Virus record (IMG/VR): IMGVR_UViG_3300032236_001859
Location: 1 to 64,000 of that record
Strand: one strand, 5' to 3'
DNA: 64,000 nt
Shown here: positions 1-7,682 of the stretch, piece by piece
How the letters are laid out: every line of letters starts with the position of its first letter
Position numbering within the stretch: the stretch's first letter is position 1
Notes under the pieces: generated by a model
Told to the model about the DNA's origin: nothing
The model's input: only the letters and a program-made list of their open reading frames with translations
The model's database searches: none
Program-made: the position numbers and the translations under genes

Positions 1-180
1 CAGTCTGGTGGTCTTGCTGCCCATGGCTTTGACTGCAGCGGGGACATCAATGATGGCCTTGACGGCGTTACCAACGGCACGTGAGCTGCGCTCAGAGTTG
101 CGGTCGTAGTGACGCACGATCTCGGGGAGGCGTGCGAGGATGATCTCCTCGACGATTTCGGTGTGATTGCTAATTGGCAT
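1..180 (-). CDS. hypothetical protein, runs off the window edge (MPISNHTEIVEEIILARLPEIVRHYD...)
   Basis: Hand-translated, not in ORF track; ATG at 180 preceded by AAAGGA; no stop before position 1. Confidence 0.6.
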   Translation of the reverse strand, partial: MPISNHTEIVEEIILARLPEIVRHYDRNSERSSRAVGNAVKAIIDVPAAVKAMGSKTTRL

Positions 181-219
181 GTTGAATCCTTTCGATTCAA
201 TGGGGTGGGTTTTGCGGGG

Positions 220-762
220 TCAGAACATCTTGGCGATGTCGAGCTTGGTGAGGGTGACCCACTTGTTTCCGTCGAGCTGGCTGAGGTCGACCTCGGGGAA
301 CTGCTTGAGGTTGTACTTCGTCTTGATGGTGTTGCAGCGATCCGCGGCATTACGCGCACGTCGGGCAGATGCCTTCCAGGCCTGACGAGGGGGCTTCGTG
401 GAATAGCGACCCCGGTAGGCCAGGATGAGCTCGGGATGGGCTTCGTAGAGCGCAGTGGAGTTGTGGCAGACATGGCGACGTGCAGCACCGATGACATTGA
501 AAGACAGGATGTATGGGGTGGCCTCGACCAGGACTTCGCGTGGTCGCGTGAGGCCATGGTAGACATTGGCATCCATGCCTTCTGCGAAGGCGATCTCGGC
601 GACCAGGACTCCCACCGTGGAGTTGATGTGGTGCGGATTCGCGATCAGGAAGCGTTCAACGGCGATACAGGCCGCGGAGAAGTCGAGAGCGGGTTTCGGA
701 AGCACATCTGTGCTCGCGAACAAAGGAGGCAGAGTGGCGGAAGTGGACTTTTGCTTGGACAT
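220..762 (-). CDS. hypothetical protein (180 aa)
   Basis: Protein-like ORF fitting minus-strand gene tiling; no motif recognised. Confidence 0.7.
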   Translation of the reverse strand: MSKQKSTSATLPPLFASTDVLPKPALDFSAACIAVERFLIANPHHINSTVGVLVAEIAFAEGMDANVYHGLTRPREVLVEATPYILSFNVIGAARRHVCHNSTALYEAHPELILAYRGRYSTKPPRQAWKASARRARNAADRCNTIKTKYNLKQFPEVDLSQLDGNKWVTLTKLDIAKMF

Positions 763-846
763 GATTCCCCCGATTCGGCTAGATGAGCCGAGTGGTTATG
801 GGGTTTCCTCAACACGGTGCGGCCCCTCTCGGGGCGATTTTGGATT

Positions 847-1530
847 TTATGCTGCGACGATCTCGGCCTCGAGCCGAGTAATCAGGGGCAGAAGGCGCCT
901 GGTGATGTGGTCGACCACGGTGAAGTAATCAGGGGTATCCACGGGGAACTCTTTGGCGGCTTGTTGCTCGCATTGGGCGCGCATGAGTTTCAACCTGGGC
1001 AGGATAGCTTCGTCGATTTTGGCCAGGGAATCCTGTATTTTAGGTGAACTATGCGAGATGCCTGGTATGCAACCTCGCGACTTAGGTTGTTCCTGCAGTG
1101 CGTTATCACTCTTAACATGGGTCTCCCTGGACTCATATACGGAATGAAGAGATGCCTGAATTAACTTAGCAGCTGCCATAAGCGCTGTGGATGACGTGTG
1201 CTTGCACAACCCGTTGTCAATACAGAATTTCAGCGTCCCTTCTGCGCTTTTGAATATACTCGAGTCTACGCTTCTGAGAACGTCTACCAGACCGGGGATG
1301 CCAAGTGGGCAGAACGAACCACCCTTCCCTGTAAGTCTGTCCCAGATGACACTTGCCTTGTGCGACTCTATCATTTTCACCAAATCCTCCGCCCATCCAT
1401 TATCAATCGCCAGCTGTCTAACAGTTATTATTCTGGGTGCGCTCGAACATGCGATCTTGTCAGCGTTTTCAGCCATTAGCCATCTCAAGTCGTCTGTGGA
1501 AAATGTAGTCGGCATAACATCCCTTCCCAA
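847..1530 (-). CDS. hypothetical protein (~222-227 aa), lower GC
   Basis: ORF track; start may be ATG at 1515 after GGAAGGG. Confidence 0.7.
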   Translation of the reverse strand: MGRDVMPTTFSTDDLRWLMAENADKIACSSAPRIITVRQLAIDNGWAEDLVKMIESHKASVIWDRLTGKGGSFCPLGIPGLVDVLRSVDSSIFKSAEGTLKFCIDNGLCKHTSSTALMAAAKLIQASLHSVYESRETHVKSDNALQEQPKSRGCIPGISHSSPKIQDSLAKIDEAILPRLKLMRAQCEQQAAKEFPVDTPDYFTVVDHITRRLLPLITRLEAEIVAA

Positions 1531-1535
1531 AGAAT

Positions 1536-1573
1536 GAACCCCTGCGGGATCACCGCAGGGGTTCTGGTTTTTC
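1536..1573. terminator. intrinsic terminator-like hairpin, possibly bidirectional
   Basis: Perfect 12-bp stem GAACCCCTGCGG/CCGCAGGGGTTC, 5-nt loop; T-rich run on plus side, ATTCTTT on minus side. Confidence 0.7.
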
Positions 1574-1727
1574 TTTATCTATGGGTCCACGTGGGCTTGT
1601 GCCCACAGCCCTCTATTTACGCTTGGCATCCCACGGGGGTCCCATGCGTAAGATCGAACAGAGTGAGAAGTCCAGAGCGCTATTCTTAGTGCTCATCATC
1701 GTTGTCATCGCTGGGCTCGCCGCGTTA

Positions 1728-2228
1728 TCACACTTCCTGTAGGGTGTGACCATCCCTGGCGTACAGGAACTCGCGAAGGCTGACCACGCGCTCCCCTGAT
1801 GCCAGCAGTTTGTTGGCCAAGCGAACCGGGGTGTACTGGTGTGCCTTGATGCCACGCACAGGGGGATAATCGCCTTCTTGGAGCCCAGCAATGGTGAGCT
1901 CGGAGCAGAACCACTTATCAGCGGTCTGCCGCCCCCAGGGCAACACGATGGCAAAGGCGACGCCCAGCCAGTCGTATTCGGCGCCCACCTGGGTGTCACA
2001 GAACGCGCGCACCTTGGCTTCGTCACCACCACGGACCCCAATGCAGTCCCACTCATTGGGATTCCAGCCCTGGGGATCCAAGAGGTATCTGGCTCGATAA
2101 GCCGAGGAGACCCCGAATCGGTTGCCGTCTGAGAACAAGAGCTCGCAGTGGCTATAGGGGCCACGGCTGAAACAGCGGATGAGGCGATCCTCTATGGAGT
2201 GGCCTCCCTTGTAGAATAACGCGTACAT
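1728..2228 (-). CDS. permuted papain-like (NlpC/P60, YiiX-type) amidase
   Basis: N-terminal YSHCEL (His), YDWLG, C-terminal KWFCSEL (Cys), closing YTP: circularly permuted catalytic order. Confidence 0.85.
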   Translation of the reverse strand: MYALFYKGGHSIEDRLIRCFSRGPYSHCELLFSDGNRFGVSSAYRARYLLDPQGWNPNEWDCIGVRGGDEAKVRAFCDTQVGAEYDWLGVAFAIVLPWGRQTADKWFCSELTIAGLQEGDYPPVRGIKAHQYTPVRLANKLLASGERVVSLREFLYARDGHTLQEV

Positions 2229-2238
2229 GACATCCCTT

Positions 2239-2727
2239 TCAAGGCCCGCGAGGTGCCTTCACTGCGCGCACCACCACGGCCTCACGCGGGGCGGGATGGA
2301 TGCGCTGGGCCCATGTCTTGACGTCGTCGAGATAATCGTGGCCCCTGCCGAGAAGTGCACCGCGGACCCCCACATTGTAGGCGCGGACACAGGCATCCCA
2401 AGAGCCCAGGCGGACGTAGAGATCCTGCATGCGCCGGATGAAGATGCCCTCGGCGAAGGCGGTATCCTTGGCGAGGTCAGCGAAGACATCGCCGGCTCCC
2501 GCGGTTTCCTGGAAGACCGCGGGGGTCATCTGGAATGGGCCACGTTCCCCGGCACGCCCTCGCTTGCGATTGATGTAGACGATTTCACCGGTGGGGGCAT
2601 AGAAAGAGGAGGTCTCGACACCGAGGACCCCGTGGAGAACCCACTGGGGGACCTCGGGTAGTGTCGCGGAGACCGCGGAGAACACGGGTGACAGTGCCAA
2701 TAACGCAATCAAGACTACGAGTCTCAT
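2239..2727 (-). CDS. lytic transglycosylase (SLT/lysozyme-like), probable endolysin with N-terminal signal peptide
   Basis: Catalytic GVETS, GPFQM and AYNVG motifs; hydrophobic leader MRLVVLIALLALSPVFSAVSA. Confidence 0.88.
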   Translation of the reverse strand: MRLVVLIALLALSPVFSAVSATLPEVPQWVLHGVLGVETSSFYAPTGEIVYINRKRGRAGERGPFQMTPAVFQETAGAGDVFADLAKDTAFAEGIFIRRMQDLYVRLGSWDACVRAYNVGVRGALLGRGHDYLDDVKTWAQRIHPAPREAVVVRAVKAPRGP

Positions 2728-3068
2728 GGGGGCTCCTGGGGTAGTCGTGGTTGTGGGAACTCGATCTCGACTTCAAGATCAGAGTGGTCAACTGGGCAAT
2801 CGGGGTCCTCGGAGACCGCGATGCGGGCATCCAAGGATGCCGGGTATGCCTTGTGAAGGAAGCGAATGGCCAGTGCGGCGTTCTCAGCGGTGAAGCCAAG
2901 GAACTCGGCTTCGTAACCAAAGTCAGTGATCTCGGATTCCAGTAGAGCTCTCTGAATCCCGGCATCGGGGATACCGGTGATCCAATGCACCCTACGGAGG
3001 TGAACGAGTGCCAGGGCCTCGAGACGGCTCGGCAACACGGACATTATGGTGTGGAGGGGTCGGAGCAT
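2724..3068 (-). CDS. hypothetical protein (114 aa)
   Basis: ORF track; stop overlaps the transglycosylase ATG (ATGA). Confidence 0.7.
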   Translation of the reverse strand: MLRPLHTIMSVLPSRLEALALVHLRRVHWITGIPDAGIQRALLESEITDFGYEAEFLGFTAENAALAIRFLHKAYPASLDARIAVSEDPDCPVDHSDLEVEIEFPQPRLPQEPP

Positions 3069-3082
3069 GGTTGCCCCAGGGA

Positions 3083-3472
3083 TCAGATCTTGACCTGACG
3101 ACCCACGGTTTCCAGGCGCTCACGAAGAGCGTTGATGGTCCGCGCTCTCTCAGAGATGTCACGCTTGGCCTGATGAGACAGCTTCCCTGACTTCTTGGAT
3201 TTCGCAGAGATGCCATCTAAGATGACAACGATGCCATCGGCGGCTTCACGTAAGGCATCGATGAAGGAACCCGCGTCGACCTGGATCGCGGGGTTGCCCC
3301 CTACGGTCGGCAGTTTGAGGACGAGCTCCTTTCGCCATGGGCGTGCTGGGATCTTGTAGATCCCCTTGCGGATCACCTTGCAACCATGGGCACCCTTGCG
3401 GGCACCTGGCTTCAGTCCAACTAATGGCTCGACAGATGACGCTTCGACTTTAACGGGCTTGCGGGCTGACAT
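3083..3472 (-). CDS. hypothetical basic protein (129 aa)
   Basis: GAGGAG RBS before ATG; first gene downstream of the conserved motif at 3506. Confidence 0.75.
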   Translation of the reverse strand: MSARKPVKVEASSVEPLVGLKPGARKGAHGCKVIRKGIYKIPARPWRKELVLKLPTVGGNPAIQVDAGSFIDALREAADGIVVILDGISAKSKKSGKLSHQAKRDISERARTINALRERLETVGRQVKI

Positions 3473-3505
3473 GTGATCTCCTCGTCGGCGAGATGATCGC
3501 TACCC

Positions 3506-3521
3506 TTTACTCGTAGTCAAG
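3506..3521 (-). promoter_or_regulatory. conserved promoter/operator motif, copy 1
   Basis: Plus strand TTTACTC-GT-AGTCAAG; minus strand contains TTGACT (-35-like). Confidence 0.7.
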
Positions 3522-4149
3522 GCCGTAGGGGTGTCGTCGCTGTTTTAGCCGCTGCCATGGCATCGCGGAGTTCGGCTTGGCTCCACATCGCTGCTTTACT
3601 CTCACCCTTGTATGCCAATGCCATCTTGGACTTCAAGAGTAGATCGTTTAGCGATTCTCCATCTTTGTCATAGAAGACAACCAGAGCACGACCATACTTA
3701 TCCAGTGACTTCGACTCGCAGATCACGGCGCGTTTCAACCAGGCCTCGACGACATCCCTTACCGCGAGACCAACTGCCTTCTGGGGTCCGGTGACCTCAG
3801 GGGTGTCGAGGCCATCGAGGCGGTAACACACCTTACGTGAGATCTGGAATCCGAGGTCGAGATTAACCCAACCCGAATCACCGTCATGGACGTCGATTAT
3901 GGAAAGCACGGGATATACGAAGGGTTTCATACCTTGAGAGTATCGCGGTTTCTGGGCGGCGTCCACATACAGGGGGCACTGGGGTACCGTGGGTTCTTCA
4001 GCTGCAATTCTCTCACGTGCAGGCCAGCTCCGCTGATAGGGGTCGAGGCAGAAGACGAGGAACAAGATGAACACGATTCCGAGCAAGAAAACCAAAGCGA
4101 AGATCCGCAGGATGCCTCCTGAGAAGAGACCAGCGAAATAGTGCATCAT
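3517..4149 (-). CDS. thermonuclease (SNase family) with N-terminal transmembrane segment
   Basis: VHDGDS, RLDGLDTPE, DKYGRAL, LNDLLLKSKMALAY motifs; hydrophobic ILRIFALVFLLGIVFILFLVF. Confidence 0.88.
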   Translation of the reverse strand: MMHYFAGLFSGGILRIFALVFLLGIVFILFLVFCLDPYQRSWPARERIAAEEPTVPQCPLYVDAAQKPRYSQGMKPFVYPVLSIIDVHDGDSGWVNLDLGFQISRKVCYRLDGLDTPEVTGPQKAVGLAVRDVVEAWLKRAVICESKSLDKYGRALVVFYDKDGESLNDLLLKSKMALAYKGESKAAMWSQAELRDAMAAAKTATTPLRP

Positions 4150-4721
4150 CGTTGGACTCCCCTGGCGACCTGGTATTGATAGGTGTGCCTGGGCAGTAGT
4201 TCGGAACCCGCCTTAACCGAGGCTGCAATGATTTCATCCTGAGTAGCCCGTGTGGACAACGCGAGATCTCGGAATGCCATGAGGGTGGCTCCCTTACGCA
4301 GCGTGTCATCCCCGAGCATGCCGACGTAGTCACCGAAGACTGCGGCCAACGCATTGATGACCCCCTGACGTGGTGCCGCCCACTCGAACGTAGGGAATGC
4401 AGCTGCGATGGGGCCGTCTGAATCAAACCTGACATACGTGAAGCCCATGTACCATGCTTTATGGAGAATAAAATCGAATGCCGTACTAAAGCCGAAGCCA
4501 CGGATATTTGGGATCTCGTTCTCGGGTCCAAACGCGCAGTAGATCCAGTATCCCCCATTGGTGTCCTCCAACATGAGGATGGGATCATCGGGATCCCTGA
4601 GCCCATCATGAATGGATTCCAGGATGTCATGATCGAGGTGGGTGAGGTGTGCTGTTGAAAGCACGGCGACCTTCATGGTCTCCGGGAATAGTGAAGGTGT
4701 TATCGATCCTACAGCGTCCAT
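4146..4721 (-). CDS. hypothetical protein with DUF5983-like domain
   Basis: LSTAHL and VRFDSDGP...FPTFEW motifs; GGAG RBS before ATG 4721. Confidence 0.65.
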   Translation of the reverse strand: MDAVGSITPSLFPETMKVAVLSTAHLTHLDHDILESIHDGLRDPDDPILMLEDTNGGYWIYCAFGPENEIPNIRGFGFSTAFDFILHKAWYMGFTYVRFDSDGPIAAAFPTFEWAAPRQGVINALAAVFGDYVGMLGDDTLRKGATLMAFRDLALSTRATQDEIIAASVKAGSELLPRHTYQYQVARGVQR

Positions 4722-4732
4722 AGTGATTCTCC

Positions 4733-4769
4733 AAAAAGAACGAGGCCACGACATCGCTGCCGTGGCCTC
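4733..4769 (-). terminator. intrinsic terminator
   Basis: Minus strand GAGGCCACGGCA-GCGA-TGTCGTGGCCTC (12 bp, one G-U, GNRA loop) followed by GTTCTTTTT. Confidence 0.8.
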
Positions 4770-4791
4770 TTGGGTTCATAAAATCAGTGGT

Positions 4792-5646
4792 CTACTTGCG
4801 ACCGTGGCCTTTGCCATGCTTGGGTGCTGGCTTCTCGACCTCAACAGCCTTGGGGGCTTCCACTACGGGGGTGTCATCGTGGACCACGATGACGGGATCC
4901 GCTTTGTCTCCAGCGTCGAGACTGTCGGGTTCCTCAGTGCTCGCCGCAGTGGTCACAGGAGTCTCATCCGCAGGGGCAGCGACATGTGCGGAATCCAGGG
5001 TGTTACCGAGGACATCATTGAAACCACCTTGGCGCGCCAAGACAATCTCCGGGGCCGCTGAGGCAACCGCACCGGCTTGATCCAGGATCGCACGCTCAGC
5101 GGTGAGATCACGGGTGATCGCGGCCTCAGCGGTGAACACGGGTTTGTCACCCATGGTCTTCGCATAACGCCGGGCCAGCTTGTCACGGTTGCTTTGCCAC
5201 CGCTTGACCTGGTCGCCATTGATACGGGAATCCAAGAGAGCCTGGTACCAATCGACGTCACCGGATTCCTCGAGGAGGTTGATGTCATCCATGGGTTTTC
5301 CATCGTACATCGCCTTGAGAAGGGCCTGCACGAGTTCGCCGGCTTCAGTGGCGATGCCAACAATGGCGTGGAAGACTTGGGGATCCACGGGGAATGGCTT
5401 GGGAGCCGGGAAAGCCCCGGCGACCATGGTAACCGGGAACGGCTTACCATATACCGCAGTTTTCTTGACGTGGTCGAGGACCTGGGATGCCCGAAGGAAA
5501 TCCTCAAGAGATTTCTTGAGAACCCCGCGATGCAGGCGATCCTCGATGTCGATTGCGGAGTCAGGGCATGCCGTTGACAACGCGGCTTCAGAATAGGCCT
5601 CAGGAGTCGTGATGACGACTTGGCCGTTGAGTGGATGCTTGGTCAT
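4792..5646 (-). CDS. mazG: MazG-like nucleotide pyrophosphohydrolase with long charged C-terminal tail
   Basis: GIATEAGEL...LLEESGDVDWY...NRDKLARRY (ExxE...ExxD metal-binding pattern). Confidence 0.85.
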   Translation of the reverse strand: MTKHPLNGQVVITTPEAYSEAALSTACPDSAIDIEDRLHRGVLKKSLEDFLRASQVLDHVKKTAVYGKPFPVTMVAGAFPAPKPFPVDPQVFHAIVGIATEAGELVQALLKAMYDGKPMDDINLLEESGDVDWYQALLDSRINGDQVKRWQSNRDKLARRYAKTMGDKPVFTAEAAITRDLTAERAILDQAGAVASAAPEIVLARQGGFNDVLGNTLDSAHVAAPADETPVTTAASTEEPDSLDAGDKADPVIVVHDDTPVVEAPKAVEVEKPAPKHGKGHGRK

Positions 5647-5987
5647 GCTACGACCTCCAACTTGGGTTTACCGGGGTTGGTTTCGGGGCCACAGCACTCA
5701 CATGGACCCTTGCAGCCCTGAGAGCACTTCGCGGTGTGGTAGTCAGCGTTGAGACGCGCAATGGCGATCTTGCTCCAGGTGTTCGTGATCAGGTAAGTGA
5801 TGAGCACTGAACCCGAGGTAACCACCAGGATGGGGTCAGTGAGGACCCCCTTGGCGAACCAGACCACGGCGAGGAAGCCGAGGACGAGTAAGAACCGTGA
5901 GGACGTCATCAACGTGGAGTCCTTCACAATTGGTTTCGTGGCATCGACGACTTGAGATCGCGAGATCTCGAATCCGAGGATATTCAT
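5643..5987 (-). CDS. putative holin (2 transmembrane helices, Cys-rich C-tail)
   Basis: SSRFLLVLGFLAVVWFA and ILVVTSGSVLITYLI; adjacent to spanin-like locus; holin role is inferred. Confidence 0.6.
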   Translation of the reverse strand: MNILGFEISRSQVVDATKPIVKDSTLMTSSRFLLVLGFLAVVWFAKGVLTDPILVVTSGSVLITYLITNTWSKIAIARLNADYHTAKCSQGCKGPCECCGPETNPGKPKLEVVA

Positions 5988-6448
5988 AGCGGCCCTTTCT
6001 TAGAACCTGGCTTGAACGGAGAGCCCAGCAACGATACCAGGCTGACGAGAACTATCACCGCCGTAAGGAAGAGTGTACCAGCAGCCCAAGCCGAAGCAGT
6101 CCAGGGGTTCCGGAAAGTAATCCCGGGGCGCATACACGCTGGCGCCGACGCCGAAGCGGTCATTGGTGAGCACGAGGTCTGGAGATAGTGTGCCGAAGAA
6201 GAAGCGGACAGGGCTGGCGCGGAGGCCGACTTCGAGCTTTTGATCGGCAAGGGACATTCCAGCGATAGCACCGAAGTCCCAGGCGTATTCGCCGAGGTAA
6301 GTGTCGGGCCGGTAGCTGACCTTGAAGGGGAAGTTGGGATCGTTGGCTTGTTTGGGGTCCTCGTAGAGCACGCCACGGTTATCAGTGACAAACATACCAA
6401 GGACATCACCAGTAGACTTTTCACGGAGGAAAAGAGTTCCCGTACCAT
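5984..6448 (-). CDS. overprinted lipoprotein with C-terminal transmembrane helix (unimolecular/o-spanin-like, 154 aa)
   Basis: +1 frame within 6000..6599; leader MVRELFSSVKSLLVMSLVCLSLITVA|C; C-terminal TLFLTAVIVLVSLVSLLG then KPGSKK; stop in ATGA overlap with holin start; host-frame T3 spikes under both hydrophobic segments. Confidence 0.6.
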   Translation of the reverse strand: MVRELFSSVKSLLVMSLVCLSLITVACSTRTPNKPTIPTSPSRSATGPTLTSANTPGTSVLSLECPLPIKSSKSASAPALSASSSAHYLQTSCSPMTASASAPACMRPGITFRNPWTASAWAAGTLFLTAVIVLVSLVSLLGSPFKPGSKKGPL

Positions 6449-6599
6449 CGGTGTCTTTCTTCCAGTTCCAGTGCATTGATGTCGCATCATACTTGATTAC
6501 ATCCTTCCCTGCTATCGAGCTCCCGGGTTGCGTGGTCAGCGATGAATAAATCACCCAGCCCACGAATGCAATGATCGCAAAACCGAAGATCTGGTTCAT
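6000..6599 (-). CDS. N-terminally membrane-anchored protein with beta-strand C-terminal half ending in Phe (i-spanin-like or OMP-like, 199 aa)
   Basis: GAGGG RBS; IFGFAIIAFVGWVIY anchor; alternating strands; C-terminus AGLSVQARF resembles a beta-barrel signal. Confidence 0.75.
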   Translation of the reverse strand: MNQIFGFAIIAFVGWVIYSSLTTQPGSSIAGKDVIKYDATSMHWNWKKDTDGTGTLFLREKSTGDVLGMFVTDNRGVLYEDPKQANDPNFPFKVSYRPDTYLGEYAWDFGAIAGMSLADQKLEVGLRASPVRFFFGTLSPDLVLTNDRFGVGASVYAPRDYFPEPLDCFGLGCWYTLPYGGDSSRQPGIVAGLSVQARF

Positions 6600-6704
6600 A
6601 GTGTTCACCCTCTTCCGGTCGCGCGTATCCAAGGCTTGGCTAACCCAGAAGTCACGCTATGGTGAGCGCGAATGCTATGAGGTCTGCCTCAAAAGGAAAG
6701 CCGC

Positions 6705-7184
6705 ATGGAAACCACGACGACGCGACAACGCTCCGTGCTGATGCTTGATTATGATGTCAATGGAGTCGGCGCATTGAGCCGGTCTTCGCAGACCCCGTGC
6801 AGCACTCCGGCTTCAGATCCATTCAGCCTCCTCGATCGCGTGAAATCTGCAAAACAAGATGAAGACATCGTTATACACGTCCATGGGTTCACGGGTTCAA
6901 TCGCTGTTGCACATCTCATGACATTGTGGCGTGAATGCTCGAATCGCGGTGCCCATCTCAGAGTTGTCTTACTAAACCACCAATCACTCCAGATCCTCAA
7001 AGTCCTCGGCCTCGGAGAAATCCTTGATGCCAGGTTGTGCCCAAAGAATGCCAGCAATAGGGTGTCCTGGGATCCCCCCAGTGAGCGCACCCTCAGACGG
7101 AACGCATTGGATACCCGCAACTGTGAATCCTGCTCGAATGCCAGACCATCGAAACCATTAGAGATGCTCTGCGGCGTCGAATAG
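6705..7184 (+). CDS. STAS-domain protein (anti-sigma-factor antagonist-like)
   Basis: IVIHVHGFTGSIAVAHLMTLWRECSNRGAHLRVVLLNHQSLQILKVLGLGEIL matches STAS core; AAGGA RBS; stop abuts convergent gene. Confidence 0.7.
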   Translation: METTTTRQRSVLMLDYDVNGVGALSRSSQTPCSTPASDPFSLLDRVKSAKQDEDIVIHVHGFTGSIAVAHLMTLWRECSNRGAHLRVVLLNHQSLQILKVLGLGEILDARLCPKNASNRVSWDPPSERTLRRNALDTRNCESCSNARPSKPLEMLCGVE

Positions 7185-7679
7185 TTATTTCGGGTTTGAA
7201 TCCCGACCAGCTTGTTCCCAACCCCGATCCCAGCCTTCGTGAAGCAGAGTACCCGTGGGATGCGGGTTCCCTGATCGCGGTCTCCCGGCTTCACGAGCCT
7301 TGGCTCCCCTGACCCCTGAATCCCTGATGACCTCCCAGGATATCCTGGAAGGCTTGCCAACATCCAGCCTGGGGTTCAGTGCCATCTCGATTGCAGCCTT
7401 GGCGTCATCTACGAGATCCCCAGTGGCCCCATTGCGGTCCATCCAGGCCACGAGGGCCTGAAGGGCGCGAAGCATGACGGCCTCGGAGCCATCACGGATG
7501 CAAATAGCATCGGGCTCAAAGGTGTCCATCCAGCTCTCCGGGGTCGTATAGGCCTCGACGAGGTGGAGGGCGTGATCGAAGTCTTCCTGGGGATCCACGA
7601 CGACACCGTAGTATCGACCATCGATTCCCCTGGCGACGACACGCCAAGCATTGGTTACGGGGTACTTTGGGGTCTCCAT
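7185..7679 (-). CDS. hypothetical protein with C-terminal Rmf/CrpP-like motif
   Basis: GAKAREAGRPRSGNPHPTGTLLHEGWDRGWEQA. Confidence 0.6.
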   Translation of the reverse strand: METPKYPVTNAWRVVARGIDGRYYGVVVDPQEDFDHALHLVEAYTTPESWMDTFEPDAICIRDGSEAVMLRALQALVAWMDRNGATGDLVDDAKAAIEMALNPRLDVGKPSRISWEVIRDSGVRGAKAREAGRPRSGNPHPTGTLLHEGWDRGWEQAGRDSNPK

Positions 7680-7682
7680 GTC

